DNA of 64,000 nucleotides from the NCBI GenBank assembly GCA_963693365.1, contig CAVNZM010000005.1, positions 8,970,334 through 9,034,333 on the forward strand, given 5' to 3'. The number at the start of each line of letters is the position of its first letter. Position 1 is the stretch's first letter. This document shows positions 1 through 61,652 of this stretch, piece after piece. The notes beneath the pieces were generated by a model that was not told the DNA's origin, searched no databases, and saw only the letters and a list, made by a program, of their open reading frames with translations. The DNA comes from Amoebidium appalachense (Eukaryota > Protista > Ichthyosporea). The position numbers and the translations under genes are program-made.

Positions 1-703
1 CTATACGTCTTACGGCTTGCCAACTGCATGCTTATGCTTATTACTGGCACCGCTAAGGGGTTAAGACGAAGTAATTTGGGTAGTGCAATAATGAAAAAAA
101 GTTTAAATACTCCAAACCTACTGGTGTCATACGATTCGAATGCGTCTCTGGTAGCTTTCCTAAATGCCCATACAGCTTCGACACGCAAACACCCAGTGAA
201 CCTAAATTTTTAACAGTAGAAGTTCAAATTATAATACTATAGAGCAGCTGGCGATGTCACGGGCGGCATACAACTAACGGCACCCAACCTTTGCAAGCAG
301 CAAGGAATGGGCAGAGACTTGTAGTCATACAGTCATACTGTCTAAATATGGTTATAAATTAAGGTGGGGGTAGGCCTACACCGGTTGTTCTAGGAGTTCC
401 TCTGAACTCGATGTTATCACAGTATGGATGGTGACATTCGATCATCTAATATGGTGCAATCATCATAAATCGGCTAAGGAAAAGAATCTTCGTTTCACCA
501 CATTACTTGTTATGTTTCTATATATTTAGTGACTAATAACCCCTCATTCGGCCCTCATCAACACCCCCCCAAAAAAGGAAAGAAAGAAAGGAAACGTCCG
601 GGTGGTGATGACTTCATCTATAAAATAAAAAAATATACGAATTACTGTCCTTCATCTAGCTAGCAAACGAAGTATGGATACGCAACATCTCAACGTGTTA
701 ACC

Positions 704-49308
<48,605 letters not shown>

Positions 49309-50004
49309 TCCTACTGTATGTGGTGGCACGCAGCCACCAAAGTAAAACCTATCGTTGGCGAGTCATGGAATGGATTCCCTAAACACGTTTCTGAAAAAAG
49401 TATAGACTATGTAGGGCGTGCTTTGCACGCGTTTATCGATGGGGAGGGGATAGATGCGTGTGCGTGTGTATACGTATGGGTATACGTGTGCCTGATTAGT
49501 GACAGAACGTAAGAGAGGCTTAGTGGTGTGGTGAGATCCACCAGTATGTTGGTGTGAAAGGCACGAACCACTAATCTACCTGAGTGTCTAGAGACAACTT
49601 GAGATTTATTACACTGATGCTAAGTGATGCTGGTAGGCCTAAATATGTCGGGAAAGCCCAAGAAAAAAGAGAGAGAACAAAAAAATATCTAGGCCAAACA
49701 AACAATGCTCTCTCTGGAGCTTTCGCTGCCTTTCAGCGCTCTAAACGTTTGTGACACTCGAGCTCGTGTGTGACACTTCGGCAAGCGAACACGATACGCC
49801 AAAGCTTCTATAACTCTGGCCTAAGAAAAAAGCCTACCACTATAATATATAATTCTTATAAATTTAGATATACGTGACTTTTCAAAAACATACTTTTGTC
49901 AATTATTTTCCATAGGTAAATGCTATATACATCATGTTTGTTTGTTTGTTCCAGGCTTCAGTGGTTCGTTAAGTAGATTTAGGGAGATTTCGCAGTAGTC
50001 CACT

Positions 50005-50145
50005 TTGATTGGTTTACGGCTCCTGGCTGGTATGCAAAGCCGCCAAAGTTTCCAAACGTCAGCGAACGCCAATCGTATTGCGCTTCCTTGCATAGTTGAA
50101 ATATTTTCAATTTATCACCCTGGAGAGATGCTTGTGATTGGTGCA
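50005..50145. promoter_or_regulatory. Cluster of three CCAAT boxes ~0.7-0.85 kb upstream of the EGF-gene ATG
   Basis: TGATTGGTT (ATTGG at 50008), GCCAATC (CCAAT at 50069) and TGATTGGTG (ATTGG at 50137) in a repeat-free block. Function is inferred only. Confidence 0.3.
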
Positions 50146-51457
50146 CACAATCTTTGAGATCTGGGGGGACTCAAGAACCTCGGGTGTCAGTTTTGTTTAC
50201 TCGTACTCGGAGCTGAGGCCCTGGATCCCTTGACTCCTTTCATGTACGGTGTGTGCGCGTTGTGTCGTGTACATATGACATGTGAGTGTGTGCGTGGGCT
50301 CGCGCGCGTGCGTGTGTGTATAGCATACATGTGTGTGCGTGTGGGGGGGTGCGCGGGCGGTGCCCATGGGTGGGTGCGACGAGTTGCTACTTGGGTGAGT
50401 GCCATAATTCACTCGTGGAAGTGTGTGGATGCACGCGTGCACGTGTGATACGATGTGTGTGTCGCGGTGTGTGTGTGCGTGTACTTCTGCCTTGTGTGAG
50501 TGTACATGTGTGCACGTGTGTGTGTCTGTGTTTTTGTGTTTATGTGTGTGTGCACAGGTAAAACTGTGCATACATGTGTGTGTGCGTTTGTTTGCTTGTG
50601 TTAAAGCCATGTCACGGTGCCACGGTACGTGTACGTGTGCACGCCGCGCGCGGCGTACGTGTGTGTGTACGCTTCATACATGACAACGCCAACCTTATCA
50701 CAAAACTTTCAACGTTATCGTGTCCGTTTACCTTCATTTGCATCATAAGACTTGGTGAGAAATGGGAAAAAATACAGGGAGAAAAGCGTGCTTTGTTCTT
50801 GCTTGGAGTGCACGTGCACGAGAATATGATTCGTCATCATACAAATTTTAGGTTGGGGCCCCTAACGAATCAATGGTAGCGGCAGCAAATAACTTGTCCA
50901 CTTGCAAGGACATACCGTATTACGACCTGAATCAATGATACTTCTTCTGCACGGTACCGGTGCCGGTCAGAAAGTTTCAAACCCCTGCAGCTGGTCACAG
51001 TACAGAGCATTCAGCTTCATACAATCTTGTATCTACATACCAAGAACCTAGAACCTTGTGGGCAGTGTAGCTTACCAAGGTGCCATCATGACAATCCCCA
51101 TCCCCCCCCCCCCCCCCCCCTCCCCCCCCCTTTTGCTGTTCACCCCTTCGGCTAATCAATTTTCACAGCCTTTCCTTTCGAGGCAAAATCGATAATTGTT
51201 GCCCAACGCTCTCAGTCTTAATTCATTTATATATCCTTTTTTACGTTTATGCCATTACACTACTGTCGCAGCTGCAGGGTCAGGAGCTCCTCTGGTAGAA
51301 AGAGAGGAGGAGGTCCGACCGGGCTAGGTTAAAAAAAAACAAAAAAAAAACAAAAACAAATAAATAAAGATGAAATTTGTTATGCAAAGAGAACGAAAGA
51401 CGGTGTGAAATACAAAAATAGTAACGGTGGCTTTGCAGAAAAGATGATGATACGGAA

Positions 51458-52365
51458 TCAACCTACCACTAGCACACACATCATGATAATTGCAACGGTA
51501 GCGAGAACGCTCAATACAAGTACTTGGGCTTGGACGTCGACACGACCACCCGCAGATTGGACGTCTTGACTTGACTGGCTGTGGAGAAAATTTTAAAGTT
51601 AATATTCCTTCATGATTGGACAGTTTTTAATAACAGTGTTAAACCGTGAAACCGTGTGGCTGCAAAGGATATGTCCCGAACATGGAAAGGATGCCAGGTT
51701 AGATTAGCCTTTGGGATCATAGCAAAACATCATGATCTGAATCCTGCAACTTGTTTAAGTTCCATCTCTATTACCTCAGCCCCTCTTCCCCCGCCTTTGG
51801 CAGACACATACGTTGTAACACTAAGCTCACAGCCCCTCCCTCCGGGCTCCCTCCCCCCCCCCCCCCCCCAATCACCACCACCACCACCGGCCCCCTCCCT
51901 CTTCCCCCTCCCCCTCCCTCCCCCTCCCCCCCTCCCCCCCCCCTCCCGGTTATAGCCTTATCCCTTTTTCGTCCATTTTTTCTGGCAATCAAAGTATTAC
52001 AGATCTGCACGCCCGTGATAGATCGATAGTATATTTGACGTATCCGGTGTTTACTTGTCCGCATGTGTTTTTACGTATTATAACGGATTTCCAGTCTCCC
52101 TGAAGGCTCCAATCCCCTCATCCCGTGCATCCACATGATCCGTAAAATAATAGGTCATCTCCAAATGCATTGACATATCATTCATTGTTATAGTAAATAC
52201 AAAGTGCACGAAAATTCAGGTAGTGAAGGAGGGGACGGGAGGGGAGTTGAGGGGGCGAAGGGGGGGGGGGGGGGGGGTTTGAGGGGTGTGGGAGGGGGGG
52301 GGAGGGGGGGGGGGGGGGGGGGGGAGAGGAGGATGGGGGAGGGCGGGGGGGGGGGGGGGGAGGGG

Positions 52366-52396
<31 letters not shown>

Positions 52397-52560
52397 AGGG
52401 GGGGGGGGGGGGGGGGGGGGAGGAGGGGGGGAGAGGTGATGTACATGGTACGAGATTATAACTCGCACTGTGACAACCAAAAGGCAGGATATGGACTTGA
52501 ATGCAAAGCGAATACCACAAAAAAGTATATTGCTACAGTAGTATGAAACGCCCCCCCCAA

Positions 52561-52592
<32 letters not shown>

Positions 52593-53101
52593 GGGGGAGG
52601 GGGGAGGGAGGGGGGGCGCATACCTGAACCCGGACTTGCTCACGGCCCAACAAGGCTGAGTGTTGCAGGGCTCGGCATTGGGGCTGTAGTGTAGGGGCGC
52701 ACCCAGGGTTAGGTATTTTCAGCTACAATCATGTCTATTAACATGGGAGGTTTACAATTATTATTGCAAGTATTATGATATAAAAAAAGCCTATGCTAAA
52801 TCATGATAAAATACACATCAGCATATGGTAATAGTATTTCTTGCTGAGATAGATTTTGTCAAGGGTCATATGTAGGTTTGAATTCTTGATACAATCCACA
52901 AACCAGCATGTCAACAATTACTTTTTTTTTAAAAAAAAAATTATAAACTTGGTAAAAACTCACATATGGTTGTGTGTCTGCTGCAATCATAACACACCTA
53001 TCGCTCCTCACTCCTCCCCCACATGTCACAGAGCATTCAGAAGTCCCTGCAAGCCGAGGGTTTGTGCAGCCATTGGTGCAGAACTCAGTTGGTGACCCAC
53101 T

Positions 53102-53132
<31 letters not shown>

Positions 53133-53808
53133 GGAGGGGGGAAAGGGCGGAGGGAAGGGGAGGGAGGGGGGGGGGGGGGGGGGAGGGGGGGGGGAGGTGT
53201 GTGTGTGTGTGTGTGTGTGCCACGTTGTGCACGCGCGCGTGTGTGCATGTGTTTGTGTGTGTGTGTGTGTGTGTGTGCCCGCTGTGTGTGGGTGGGTGTA
53301 TGGGTGTGTTAGTTCACCTTTTCATGATTTCAAACCAAACTTTATAACTTGAAGGGGAACGGATGTTGGCGGGGAGGGAGGGGGGGCGGGGGGGGGGGGG
53401 GGGGGGGGGGGGGGGGAGAACTGTGAGCAGGAAATAGTGGAAGCTAATTCCAGACATAAGGCTCATGCACGATGCTGTCGTGTAGGTGTACCCATATAGT
53501 ACGCCGCTTAGTTCGTGTCTATGAGGTTTCTTTTCTAGACACACCACATGAGATGGTAGGTGGGTGCACTGGTGCGTGAGGAGGTGGGTGCTGGTCGTAA
53601 CGATGGTTGTGGTAGTGGTAGTTAAGGGGGGAGGGGGGAGGGGGGGGGGGGGAGGGTGCACCCCCCCCCCCCCTCCTTCCCCCCCCCCCCCCCTCCCCCC
53701 GCGCACTTCGTAGCCGTCCCGTAATACACACAAACATGCACATACTCTCTGTCTCCCGAGTTTGGGCACACACAGACAGACACATATGCACTCATACACA
53801 CACACAAA

Positions 53809-53857
<49 letters not shown>

Positions 53858-56587
53858 GACACACACAGACACACACACAGACACACACACACACACAAAC
53901 ACACACCTGCAGATGTTCCCCTTCGTCCCTGGCCCCTTGCAGTCTCGCCTTCTCTGATTGGCTGTGCAGTTACAAGGGCCCCAATTAGACCACTCCCCTG
54001 CCGATATGTTGGGTTTGAACGCTGCATCTACCGGGGTTAAAATATCAGTATACATGGTCCTGTATTTGTAACTCAAAGGAATTCCTCTGTCAGAACCCCA
54101 ATATATGATTTGCGGTTGGTCTCAGATGCCATTTAGATCCAGTTTTTTTTTTTTTTTTGGGGGGGGGGGGGGGGGGAGGGGAGGGGGGGGGAGGGGGAGT
54201 AATGATGGTTAGTAAATGGTGAAAGAGACGCAGATGTGGTCGAATGTCAATAGAAAGACAACAAGGAATAATACCTTGGTACCCTCCTACATTTTGGTTA
54301 GATGCTATGTAGTAAAAGGTGGCAATTGGGACAATGTGGCAGTGTACGTCTGTGTGTATGTGTACGTGTGTGCGTGCATGTGCGCATGTGTGCATGTGCG
54401 CATGTGTGTGGATGTGTGTGTGTACGTTCGTTTGTGTTCATGTGTGGTTTTCTGGTTGTGTGTGTGTGTGTGTGTGTGTGTGTGATACAGAGAGAGAGAG
54501 AGAGAGAGAGCGAGGGAGGGAGAGAGAGAGGGGGGGGGAGAGAGAGAAAGAGAGAGAGAGGGAGGGAGGGAGAGAGAGAGGGGGGGGGGGGGGGGGTATA
54601 TGCGTGTGTTTTTGGGTGTGTGTGTGTGTGTGCGTGCGTGGTTTTGGGGGACTTACTGCATGTTTGGGCACACGGCATCATCTGCTTTGCCACACCAACA
54701 CACTGCGTCAACTGTCCATTGCAGTTTCTATTTCTGGACATTTTCCCCGAATTACAATCGCACACGCTCCACCCACTCCAAGCCCCCCACCCGACTATCG
54801 ATCCATTTAGCCCGTTTGCGATCGAGTCTATCCATTGGTGGATCTCGGGTGCACCGATCCGTGTGTAGACGTTTGGCGTGTGTTGGCCGCACTGCCCGCC
54901 AAAACTCACAATACCCACCAGGGATGCTCTCAATGGGTCCAGGGTGTTTAGAAGTGGCCCTGTAGGGGTGTGTGTGTTGGTGGTGGTGGTGGAGGGGGGG
55001 GGGAGGTTGGTGTGAGCGTGTGAGCAGCTGCTAATATCCAATAATTTTGTCTACATTGCTTCCAATGATTATGATGGGGGGGGGGGGGAGGGGGGGGAGG
55101 GGGGGGGAGGGGGGAAAGAGTAAAGGGGGGGGGGGGGGGGGGGTTGGACGTACGGGCCGAGTATATACATGTTGCCTGTCATGCATACTTGGGGTGGACG
55201 ATGGTAGAAATCAGGGAATCTAGGTGTAGGAGGTGGGGGGGGTAAGGGGGGAGGGGGGAAGAGGGAGATGAGGGGGAAGGGGGGGGGGGGGGGGGGGAAG
55301 AAGAGGTAGTGAGGGTCACAAGAGTGATTGGTATGTGGTACTGATAGTGCATGATGCATTGGACGCTATTGTGATAGCACCCCTCCCCCCCCCCCCCCTC
55401 CCCCTCCCCCCCCCCCCCCCCCCCCCCCCCCCACCACCATCCCCCCCCCCCCTTCCCCACCGTCCTATTTTACTTCCTTCCTCTTGTTCCCCCTCCCTTC
55501 AGCCCCATTTTTTTCCAGGGGGAGACGGGGAAGAGCAGGAGGGGGGGTAGGGGGAGGGGGGGGGGGGGGGGGGGGTTCACACACGTACCTCCCGAATCGC
55601 CAGCACATGCTGAGCTATCAGCGAAATTCGAGTAAGTGCATATCTTTGTCATGCTCACGGGGGTTTCAACGGGGGGTTCCCAAACCGAGCATTCGGCCTG
55701 GCCAATCACCGTCTCGTCAAGGGATTTGAGCACACCTGATACAGTGTCTGTCATAGGGCAATATAATGGGTAAGAATAATGTAATATTTAACGTTGGTTT
55801 GCTATTGGCCCAGTCTTTAAAATAAACGAGTATATGGTCTGAAGAATAGCTTTTAGGCTGAAGGGATTTGAGCACGCCTGATACGGTGTCTGTGATGGAA
55901 CAATAAAATGGGTTAATTTCGTTTGATCACATGGGTTCAGCTACCTTAATGTTGTTTTTCTATTGGCTGAGAATCCCATTTACATACCAATAAATGGTAT
56001 TCATCTGCCAGTTCGAGAAGGTTGGATTCTGAATATGCAATTTTTTTTTTTTGCTTCTTGCCTCTATATGACCTTCGCAGTGCCATGGTAAAAAAATAAC
56101 TTAAAATAAATAAATAAAAATAATAAAAAGTATGGCTATTGGTGTCCGCGGCGATGGCGTAGGTGGAGGCTTGGATAAGGAGGTGTGGATGGTGGTGGTG
56201 GGTGTGTAGGTGGGTGTGTGGGTGGGTGGGGGGGTGGGGGGTGGGGGGGACAATGGTACGATTCTAGACTAAGAGCCAAGGGGAGAGGAGGAGGGGGGGG
56301 GGGGGGGGGGGGCAGGGGGGGTAAAAATAAGGCCTTACTTGTTTCATCGACGCCCCACCCAAGCACCACAACAGGCGATCTGAGGTTTCCGGCTTGAGGG
56401 TTGCGATTGAGTGGAAGGAGGGTGGGGTTGGGGACGGACGTCTTGAGTCGTACTAATGCTACATCGGCAAAGAGGGTGGTGGCATTCCATGATGGATGGG
56501 CAAAAAAACTGGGGGAATGGAAGAGAAACTCGGGTCAGATTTTAGTGATACTAGGTGTGTAGTGGTTTTTCGGTGGGACAGGGTGAG

Positions 56588-56621
<34 letters not shown>

Positions 56622-56622
56622 T

Positions 56623-56660
<38 letters not shown>

Positions 56661-57589
56661 TGGGGGTGGGGGGGGAGGGGGAGGGGGGGGGGGTATGTAG
56701 GTGTGTGTCAGAGTAAATGTACGCATGTGCATGTGGTGTGTAGTAGCTGTATGTGGGTGTCTGCATTAGTGGGATGTGATGGACGTACATGCGTGTCTAT
56801 GTGTGCATGTGTGTCCGTGCATTCAAGTGTGTAGTCGCGATTTTAGAGCCTTTTTCTCCGCGCGTGTATGCGTGTTTGTAGGCGTCTGTGGGTGTGCGCA
56901 TGGGCCTGCATGTGTAAGTTGATACATGATCAAGTTCGTGTTTGTGTGAACACTGTTCTTACATGTAGAAAACCCGCTGTCTACAAGTATAAGCAACCAA
57001 TCACGTGCGAGGAAACACTTTGGCAAGCACAACCATCCCCATCATCACAAACAAGGCATGTGCGCACTGATCGATGTGAGGGGCATCAATGGCTTTCAAT
57101 ATAGGCCATAAACAACTCCGACCGTCGCTAGCAACCCTATAAGTAGACACACATCTGGAAGAAAATATGATAAATAGCCTCATGTCTGCCCGTTTGTTGG
57201 GTGCAGTTATCATCGATACTTCTCCGTGAGTCCTTTTTTTTTTACAGGATAGTCTGAATAATCTGAGCACCTCATGGGTGGGTGGATGAGCATGTGCGGC
57301 GCATGCGAGCGTGTGCACCTTTGTGTGAGTGTAAGGGGAGGAGGAACAGGGAGAGAAGGAGGGAGGGGGAGGGGAGGAGTGGGAGGCTGTGGGGCAGGGG
57401 GGAGGAGGTGGCGGGTGGGGAGGGGGCAAGATTTCAGGGGTAGGGAACCGGAAGAGGTCTACGGTGTGTGCATATGTAACATGTTTCGGGCTGAGATGGG
57501 TGGACGTAGCGGTGGGGATAGGGGTAGAGAGAAGGGGATGGGGATGGAGAGGTCGTGGTGGAGGTGGTGGTTTTGGCGGGGGGGGAGGG

Positions 57590-57651
<62 letters not shown>

Positions 57652-58199
57652 TACTCATCAATCTCGTAACAATTAAAATCATTGGAGTGGTTGAAAGATA
57701 CTCCACCAAGGCAGGCACGGTTAAATGCACCTGTAAAGGGTTGATGAGCCGGTCAGCTGCTTTAAAATGACGAATAAATGTTATGATGCAGGGACCGACT
57801 GGAAGTGCTGACAGAAAAAGTAAAAATTATATAAATCAAGGGCTTGGGCATCGTGCGGGTTGAAGTGGGCTTCAGTGAGGCGTAGCTTTCTACTTGTTGG
57901 TTTCTTGTTTTCGGTATGTGTGTGTGTGCAGAAGGTGTGGTGCTGTTTTGATTTTTGGTGGTGGGCAGTCAAGCTACTACAGGCTGTGATGTGGTTACGG
58001 ATTTATGTGAAATAGCTTCTAAACCAGCTGTGTGGGGGTGGGGGAATGCAGGGGTGTAGGGGGTCACGGGGGGAGAGGGCGGGGGAAGCGGGGAAGGGAT
58101 GACGGGAGGGATGAACAGGTGGTTGTGATGATCGTAGTGTTTTTTTTTTTTTGTTTATTTGTTTTTTGGGGGGAAGTGGGTGGGTGTGTGGGTGTGTGT

Positions 58200-58230
<31 letters not shown>

Positions 58231-59160
58231 GGGGGGGGGGAGGGTTGAGAGGGGATATAGCATGAATAATGCACATACACAAGAACATGTACCAGTGAGT
58301 CAGACACGGGCACATACCAAGGCAGTGTCCGGCCGTCACCACCAAATTGGGTGCAATCAGTGACCCCCCGCATATGTGACAGAACGCCGCCGAATCCGTC
58401 TTGTACGTTTGCAATGACACCATCCACCTAGGCGCTGTACTCACAATATGACCACCGACAATTCGCGCTTGTGCGTCGAGTAGATTGTTATCGTTGTTGG
58501 GTATGGGTAGTGTTGTGTTTGGGAATGTTGTTGATGGGGGTGATGTGGTTGGCATTGCAGCGCGTGATAGCGACTGGGCATCGTCGGGGAAGGATATGTG
58601 CGATAGATAGTTTGGCTGTGACAATATAGGCACTGCTTCTGCATGGAATGGCACGTGTTAGTTGCTGTCTGAAAAAAAGGTATCATTGACGTAATATGCG
58701 GTTTGTATCGGAAAACACGTGCTACTGTAAGGTGAAGTAATCTCGTCCGTCTTTCTCCCTGCATGACATGAACACGCATTCTGAGATTTTCACTTTTGTC
58801 ACTGCACAATATCAAAGGACATGCTCTCATTGACGCAAAGTTGCCCATTTACCCCACCACGTCACCATTCCCCACAAGTAAAACCTGGTGTGTGCATTTT
58901 CAGAGTTACTGTTTGCAATATCCTTGGCCAGGTTTAGTGCTCTGATAGAGAGCAGACCCATGTAACTACATGTGGCAAACTCACGTGCCTCCGCAGCTTG
59001 CACGAGAGAAAAATGCAGGGTTCTATCAAAACTTTCCTGTCATACGACTAGGACACCGGAACTTATCTTCTCCAGGCACACATCGACGAATACAAACGCA
59101 GATAAACACGAATAATCACAAACATGCACTAGCACACACAAACATGTAAACGGACAAGCA

Positions 59161-59226
<66 letters not shown>

Positions 59227-59316
59227 CAGACACTGTGTGAGACACACACACACACACACACACACACACTGTGACACACACACACACACACATACACTCG
59301 CGCGCGCGCGCGCGCG

Positions 59317-59348
<32 letters not shown>

Positions 59349-59676
59349 TACACATACACACACGTGTACACACACAAAAACACACTAACCAGTTGGCTAC
59401 TACCGTTATGTTACCTGGTCCACGCCCCGTACACCTCTACATGTATTAACACGCTGATGAGCCGCGCGGCTGTGAACTATTCGTAAATTGATAAATGATA
59501 AACAGATTACAAGGTAACAAAGGAGTTAGAGATGCATTGCAAACCCAAACCCAACAGAGCAGTAAAGGAAACTTACCTCTTGGTATTTTAAGGGGTTGAG
59601 GCCCATGTTGCAATGCACCCACCACAGATGAAGCAAACAACAGCGCTGATGCGACGGTGGTTGTAGTGGTAAACAT
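51458..59676 (-). CDS. Peptidase S1A (trypsin/chymotrypsin family) zymogen with three thrombospondin type-1 repeats and a C-terminal hydrophobic anchor, ~510 aa, 10 exons
   Basis: Exons: 59577-59676 (signal peptide [21 protein letters not shown]), 58318-58638 (pro-region, QAR|IVGG, CGGSLI, TAGHC), 57655-57730, 56339-56508 ([18 protein letters not shown]), 55589-55747 (ACAGDSG), 54657-54959 ([26 protein letters not shown]), 53907-54027 (WSNWGPC..QRRRDC), 52998-53099 ([10 protein letters not shown]), 52624-52683 (EPCNTQPC), 51458-51578 ([24 protein letters not shown]). Phases all match; total 1,533 nt. Confidence 0.9.
55719..55915 (-). repeat. Local duplication of the acceptor and first ~29 nt of the protease catalytic-Ser exon
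   Basis: AAGGGATTTGAGCAC[AG]CCTGATAC[AG]GTGTCTGT occurs at 55719 and 55861, 142 bp apart. Confidence 0.9.
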
Positions 59677-61429
59677 TTTAGCGGTCTATATACTGAATAT
59701 ACTAAAACCGTGCTTCTGCAAAAAAGCATATATCACCGTGGATGTGCACTGTTTCTTAAAAAATATTTAGTTCGGTGAAGCTACAACGAGTGGGTGCCCG
59801 AATAGACAGGGTCCAAGAAGCAAGCCTCGCCAACACAAACACGGCGTCCTTGTTTTTGTTTCCCTTTTTAGCCATAGGTGGTTTGGAGAAAACCAAACGG
59901 AAAAGTGAACGTATACGTAGGCGGTGGCTCCTTCAGAAATACGCGTGTTTCGCTCACCCCTCAGGCTTGAGTGTGTTGGTTCAAGCCTTTTCAATTGATG
60001 TACCCCTGAACTTTGCAAGCAAACCTTCGCATATAAACGACACAACAAGTGTACAACAATCGATCAGTCGTCCAGACTGAGTTTCCTAACCAGGTCCTGA
60101 CAGCGTATTTAAAAATGGGTGAGGGAACACTCCTCTTTCTTACCAATTAATGCGTCGTGGGAAAGTATAATAGTATAATAATGGCAGACCTGCATATGGG
60201 GTTGGTTGCAGATTCTTCATAGAACTGCCTGTGTTTGGGCCCACGAAACAAGAGTAAGATTGTACCGGCACTGAGGACTGTCTAATTGTAAGATCATATA
60301 GCCAATGTGGTTCCTGCGGGCCGTTTACCCAATCTTTAACTCTATATAGTGTTTATGACTCACAACTTGCATGCAGGAAAGGCAGCCTTGCCTTTTATAA
60401 AGCTCGAAAGGCGTGTCTTCCCTTTTTGACGTCCCTGCTTCGATTTCGAGCTCTGTTACCGTAGCACCCACTTGACTGTCCGGGATTTATTTGTAGATAT
60501 TTGTTGTTTTGATTGGTTTAGACGGGTGGACCAGAATGCTATGGGACATTTAAAGTATCTGATTGAACAAGAACCTAAACCTACATCTGATTGAGTGTAG
60601 ATCATGTTTATGCTTCTGCACCTACATTCGATTGGACGTGAGTAGCACCGGGGTTTGGAATGTTTGGAATTCACAAAATTTCTCTCATGAACCGTTCTCA
60701 CCAATGCGTGCGCGCAGCATCAAACTGAACTTCGGAATGTTCTTGAAAAGTAAAAGGTGGAAAAGCGTGCAATCCAGAGTTTCATTTATAGCATTTTTGA
60801 TAGAAATATTGCTGTACACAGATTGCAAGCGGTTTGATTGTTGAGAGAGTAGTAGTCACTTGGGCAGTGAAACTGCAGAATTCGAAACTTGCGAAAGCTA
60901 AAAAAAGAATAGATCTGGACCAGGTTCAGCCAATCACAGCAGAGTTTAAACCTGTTGGAATGTTGTTGCTTCACCTGGGCCAGGCTGTGAAATCATGTCC
61001 CTGAAAGCCCGAGAAGTGTCCTTGACTTAAATTTTGACGCTATGTAGGTCCTTTGAAAAATTTTCAACGAAAGCAACTATGTACAAGCGTAGGAATACTG
61101 ATTGGCCCAAATCTCTCAAAATCATGATACATTAGTGAACGGCTGGTGGGCCTACATATCAGGGCCACCCAGCCCGGAGAAAGCTGCTCAACAAAAGCAA
61201 GTTTCACACCCTGCCCTGGGTTCAAGTTCAGACTACTGTATGTCATGACACACCCCACGCAAGCACGTGCGCATACCGTGTGTCACACACACACGCACAC
61301 GTAGCAACAGTGCGTGTGCACGTGTATGACACGACGGCAGCCTGAGGCTGCACGAGCTACACACACACACACCGTGACACAAGCACCCACGGGTACTACA
61401 TGTAGTGCACAGGCACACACGTGCACACA

Positions 61430-61467
<38 letters not shown>

Positions 61468-61563
61468 TACACGTACACGTGCACGTGCACACAGGTTCAA
61501 ACGCACATGTACGTACAACAGCTGTCTCAGTATCAGCGCAATCCCCTCCGTACTCAAACAACT

Positions 61564-61621
61564 AGCGGGTCGTATATGCACGTACGTAGTCATTTGGGCC
61601 TTCTTCTTCTTTTTCCTTTTT

Positions 61622-61652
<31 letters not shown>

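Noticed and set aside
1-700. ORF 28-213 and a possible RNA gene in the left flank
   Set aside because: No similarity or structure that I can support; treated as 3' UTR or intergenic sequence. No tRNA or rRNA was recognised anywhere in the window.
59700-61260. Short ORFs upstream of the protease (59775-60080, 60456-60844, 61064-61258)
   Set aside because: No recognisable motifs, codon bias or exon chain. More likely promoter or intergenic DNA, which also contains several CCAAT motifs.
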